From: Haliotis rubra
Taxonomy: Eukaryota
Length of the DNA stretch: 64,000 bases
NCBI RefSeq assembly: GCF_003918875.1
Contig: NW_025766969.1
Location: 2,790,001-2,854,000, forward strand
Direction: 5' to 3'
The notes under the pieces were generated by a model that did no database searches, had not been told where the DNA came from, and saw nothing but the letters and a program-made list of their open reading frames with translations. Of the stretch, positions 62,433 through 64,000 are shown piece after piece; position 1 is the first letter of the stretch, and each line of letters begins with the position of its first letter. The translations under genes were made by a program, and so were the position numbers.

Positions 62433-63671
62433 CTATTTCCTTTTACAAATCAGTCGGAGTTCGCGGCGGAACTGCTTATTAAGAAAGCCATAGATAATGG
62501 GGTTGGCAGCGATCTGCAGGTGATAGGACTTTTCTAGGATGGAGAAAAGGGAGTACTTCATGGCGAGGCGTTCGTAGTTTTTAGGGTCTCTTGACATCAT
62601 TGTTGTTACTGTGAAATAGGGAACACAACTCAGGACGTACACCATCGTCACCAGAAACAACGTCAACGTCATCTTTCTGACACCCTTATCATGTGACGCG
62701 TTCATGACGTCACTTCCGGTTCGGACAGACATTGGCAGCGATGAATTTGTGGTTGTTGAATCATTATGGCTGTGCATTTCTGAACTAGGGTCAGATACCA
62801 TAACAGAAGTTGAAGCAGTATTTATGTGAGAGGTCTCCGAACAAGGGGAAGGAACACCTACAGAGATTGGGGTTATATCATGTCTACATGTTGAAGTGTC
62901 TTCAGATTCATATGTACCCTGAGACGAATTCAATTTTACGCCTCCTTCGACTTGGCTCCCTTTCTCATGCTCTTGGGGACGACAAATCTCTTCAACCCGA
63001 TTTGATGCTTTTAATTTCTGCATGTACTTCATTTGCTCATAGACCCGACACCAGATACAGGAATACAGAACACCAAGGGAGGTAACCAGACCGAACAACA
63101 TGAAGATCCAAAAGTAAGTGTACGCCTTATAGTAGGCCTCTCTGGCTCGCAGGGGGCGACAAATGGTAATATTGACATTATATCGTGTCACAGTTTTAGG
63201 GCCGTAAATCAGTGGAGTCGGAATCATGAGCACCAGCAAGACGAGACACAAAATTCCACAAGCCAGTTTGGCTGTATATGGCGTCATCTGCTTCTGGAAG
63301 GGTCGACAAACCTTCCTGTATCTGTCAACGGCCACTAATATTAACACCTGACCAGACGCAGTGCTGAAATATGTCACACTCGTTATCATGAACCTACACG
63401 CCCCTGAACTGCCAAACATTACAACGTTTCTCATCTGAAATATTTGTACTGGACAACATAATAGAGCATTGAGAATATCCAGAAGGGCAACCACAAGAAT
63501 GAAACACCTTGTTGTGCTCGGCTTGAACTTCTTCAGGTATACATGAAAGACAACAGAATTGCCCACGAGGCCCACCACCATCATGGCCGATATGTACACT
63601 GTAGCAGGAAGGTAACGTTTGTTGTAGACGTCGTTGAACTGATCAAGGGTGAAGTTGACAGCAGTTGCCAT
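62433..63671 (-). CDS. GPCR9: subgroup-2 orphan class A 7TM receptor, 412 aa
   Basis: Same motifs as GPCR7/8 (VDRY, YVLSCVPY, QIAANPIIY); intact ORF. Confidence 0.95.
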   Translation of the reverse strand: MATAVNFTLDQFNDVYNKRYLPATVYISAMMVVGLVGNSVVFHVYLKKFKPSTTRCFILVVALLDILNALLCCPVQIFQMRNVVMFGSSGACRFMITSVTYFSTASGQVLILVAVDRYRKVCRPFQKQMTPYTAKLACGILCLVLLVLMIPTPLIYGPKTVTRYNVNITICRPLRAREAYYKAYTYFWIFMLFGLVTSLGVLYSCIWCRVYEQMKYMQKLKASNRVEEICRPQEHEKGSQVEGGVKLNSSQGTYESEDTSTCRHDITPISVGVPSPCSETSHINTASTSVMVSDPSSEMHSHNDSTTTNSSLPMSVRTGSDVMNASHDKGVRKMTLTLFLVTMVYVLSCVPYFTVTTMMSRDPKNYERLAMKYSLFSILEKSYHLQIAANPIIYGFLNKQFRRELRLICKRK

Positions 63672-64000
63672 GCCTCCTGTAGATGTGTGTCACCCGGAAC
63701 TTAAATCAGAAAGTAATTGCTCCTGGTAATTGTTTTGTGAGGTTAAAAATGATATTTGAAAACATATTCATGACCATGGATCAGTCATTGTTTTTTCAAT
63801 AAAAGAAGGTTTTGTGTTTGTTCTGCAGTATTTATATGTATTTCTTTCAACTTATAAAACCCCTCTCTAAAGATATTAACAATAACTAATTACATCACAA
63901 GCAGTTATTAGAAACTGAGACAGAGAAAGATTGACAGTTTAGGGGCAATGTTATAATACAAAAGGTGTATAGAGAGGAGACTACATATCTGAGTATCAAT

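Noticed and set aside
10590-63338. Short ORFs overlapping or antisense to the GPCR genes (e.g. 17544-17873, 34338-34688, 57958-58263, 63033-63338)
   Set aside because: Shadow ORFs of real coding sequence; apparent conservation simply reflects the gene duplication.
10127-63671. Assigning gene symbols such as CCKAR or HCRTR2 to the receptors
   Set aside because: Only generic class A motifs are visible and key peptide-receptor residues (CWxP) are absent; orthology cannot be established without a phylogeny.

Overview
This is AT-rich, repeat-dense animal genomic DNA, not prokaryotic. The SINE, MITE and LINE content suggests a marine mollusc, possibly an abalone-like gastropod (inference only). 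The window is dominated by a tandem array of nine rhodopsin-family (class A) GPCR genes with single coding exons; GPCR1 is on + and GPCR2-9 are on -. Seven are intact; two (GPCR2, GPCR7) are each broken by one 1-bp indel in a short homopolymer. They form two subgroups: six divergent receptors (1-6) and three near-identical recent duplicates (7-9). All nine have a splice acceptor 5-44 nt before the ATG, and all lack the canonical W4.50, P5.50 and W6.48 residues. Patchwork nucleotide identity between paralogues points to gene conversion or unequal crossover. The spacers contain two decayed full-length Tc1 (DD34E) elements, a pogo/Tigger remnant, a TTAA-flanked Kolobok-like element and Harbinger-type and foldback MITEs. 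They also contain CR1-, Rex1- and R4/Dong-type LINE fragments, a possible BEL/Pao LTR remnant, at least four SINE families and four minisatellites (55, 80, 93/84 and 20 bp units). There are no rRNA genes, bona fide tRNA genes or CRISPR arrays. The best novel-system candidates are the orphan GPCR array (possibly chemosensory) and a SINE family with a fixed, structured 5' end that lacks a complete tRNA head.
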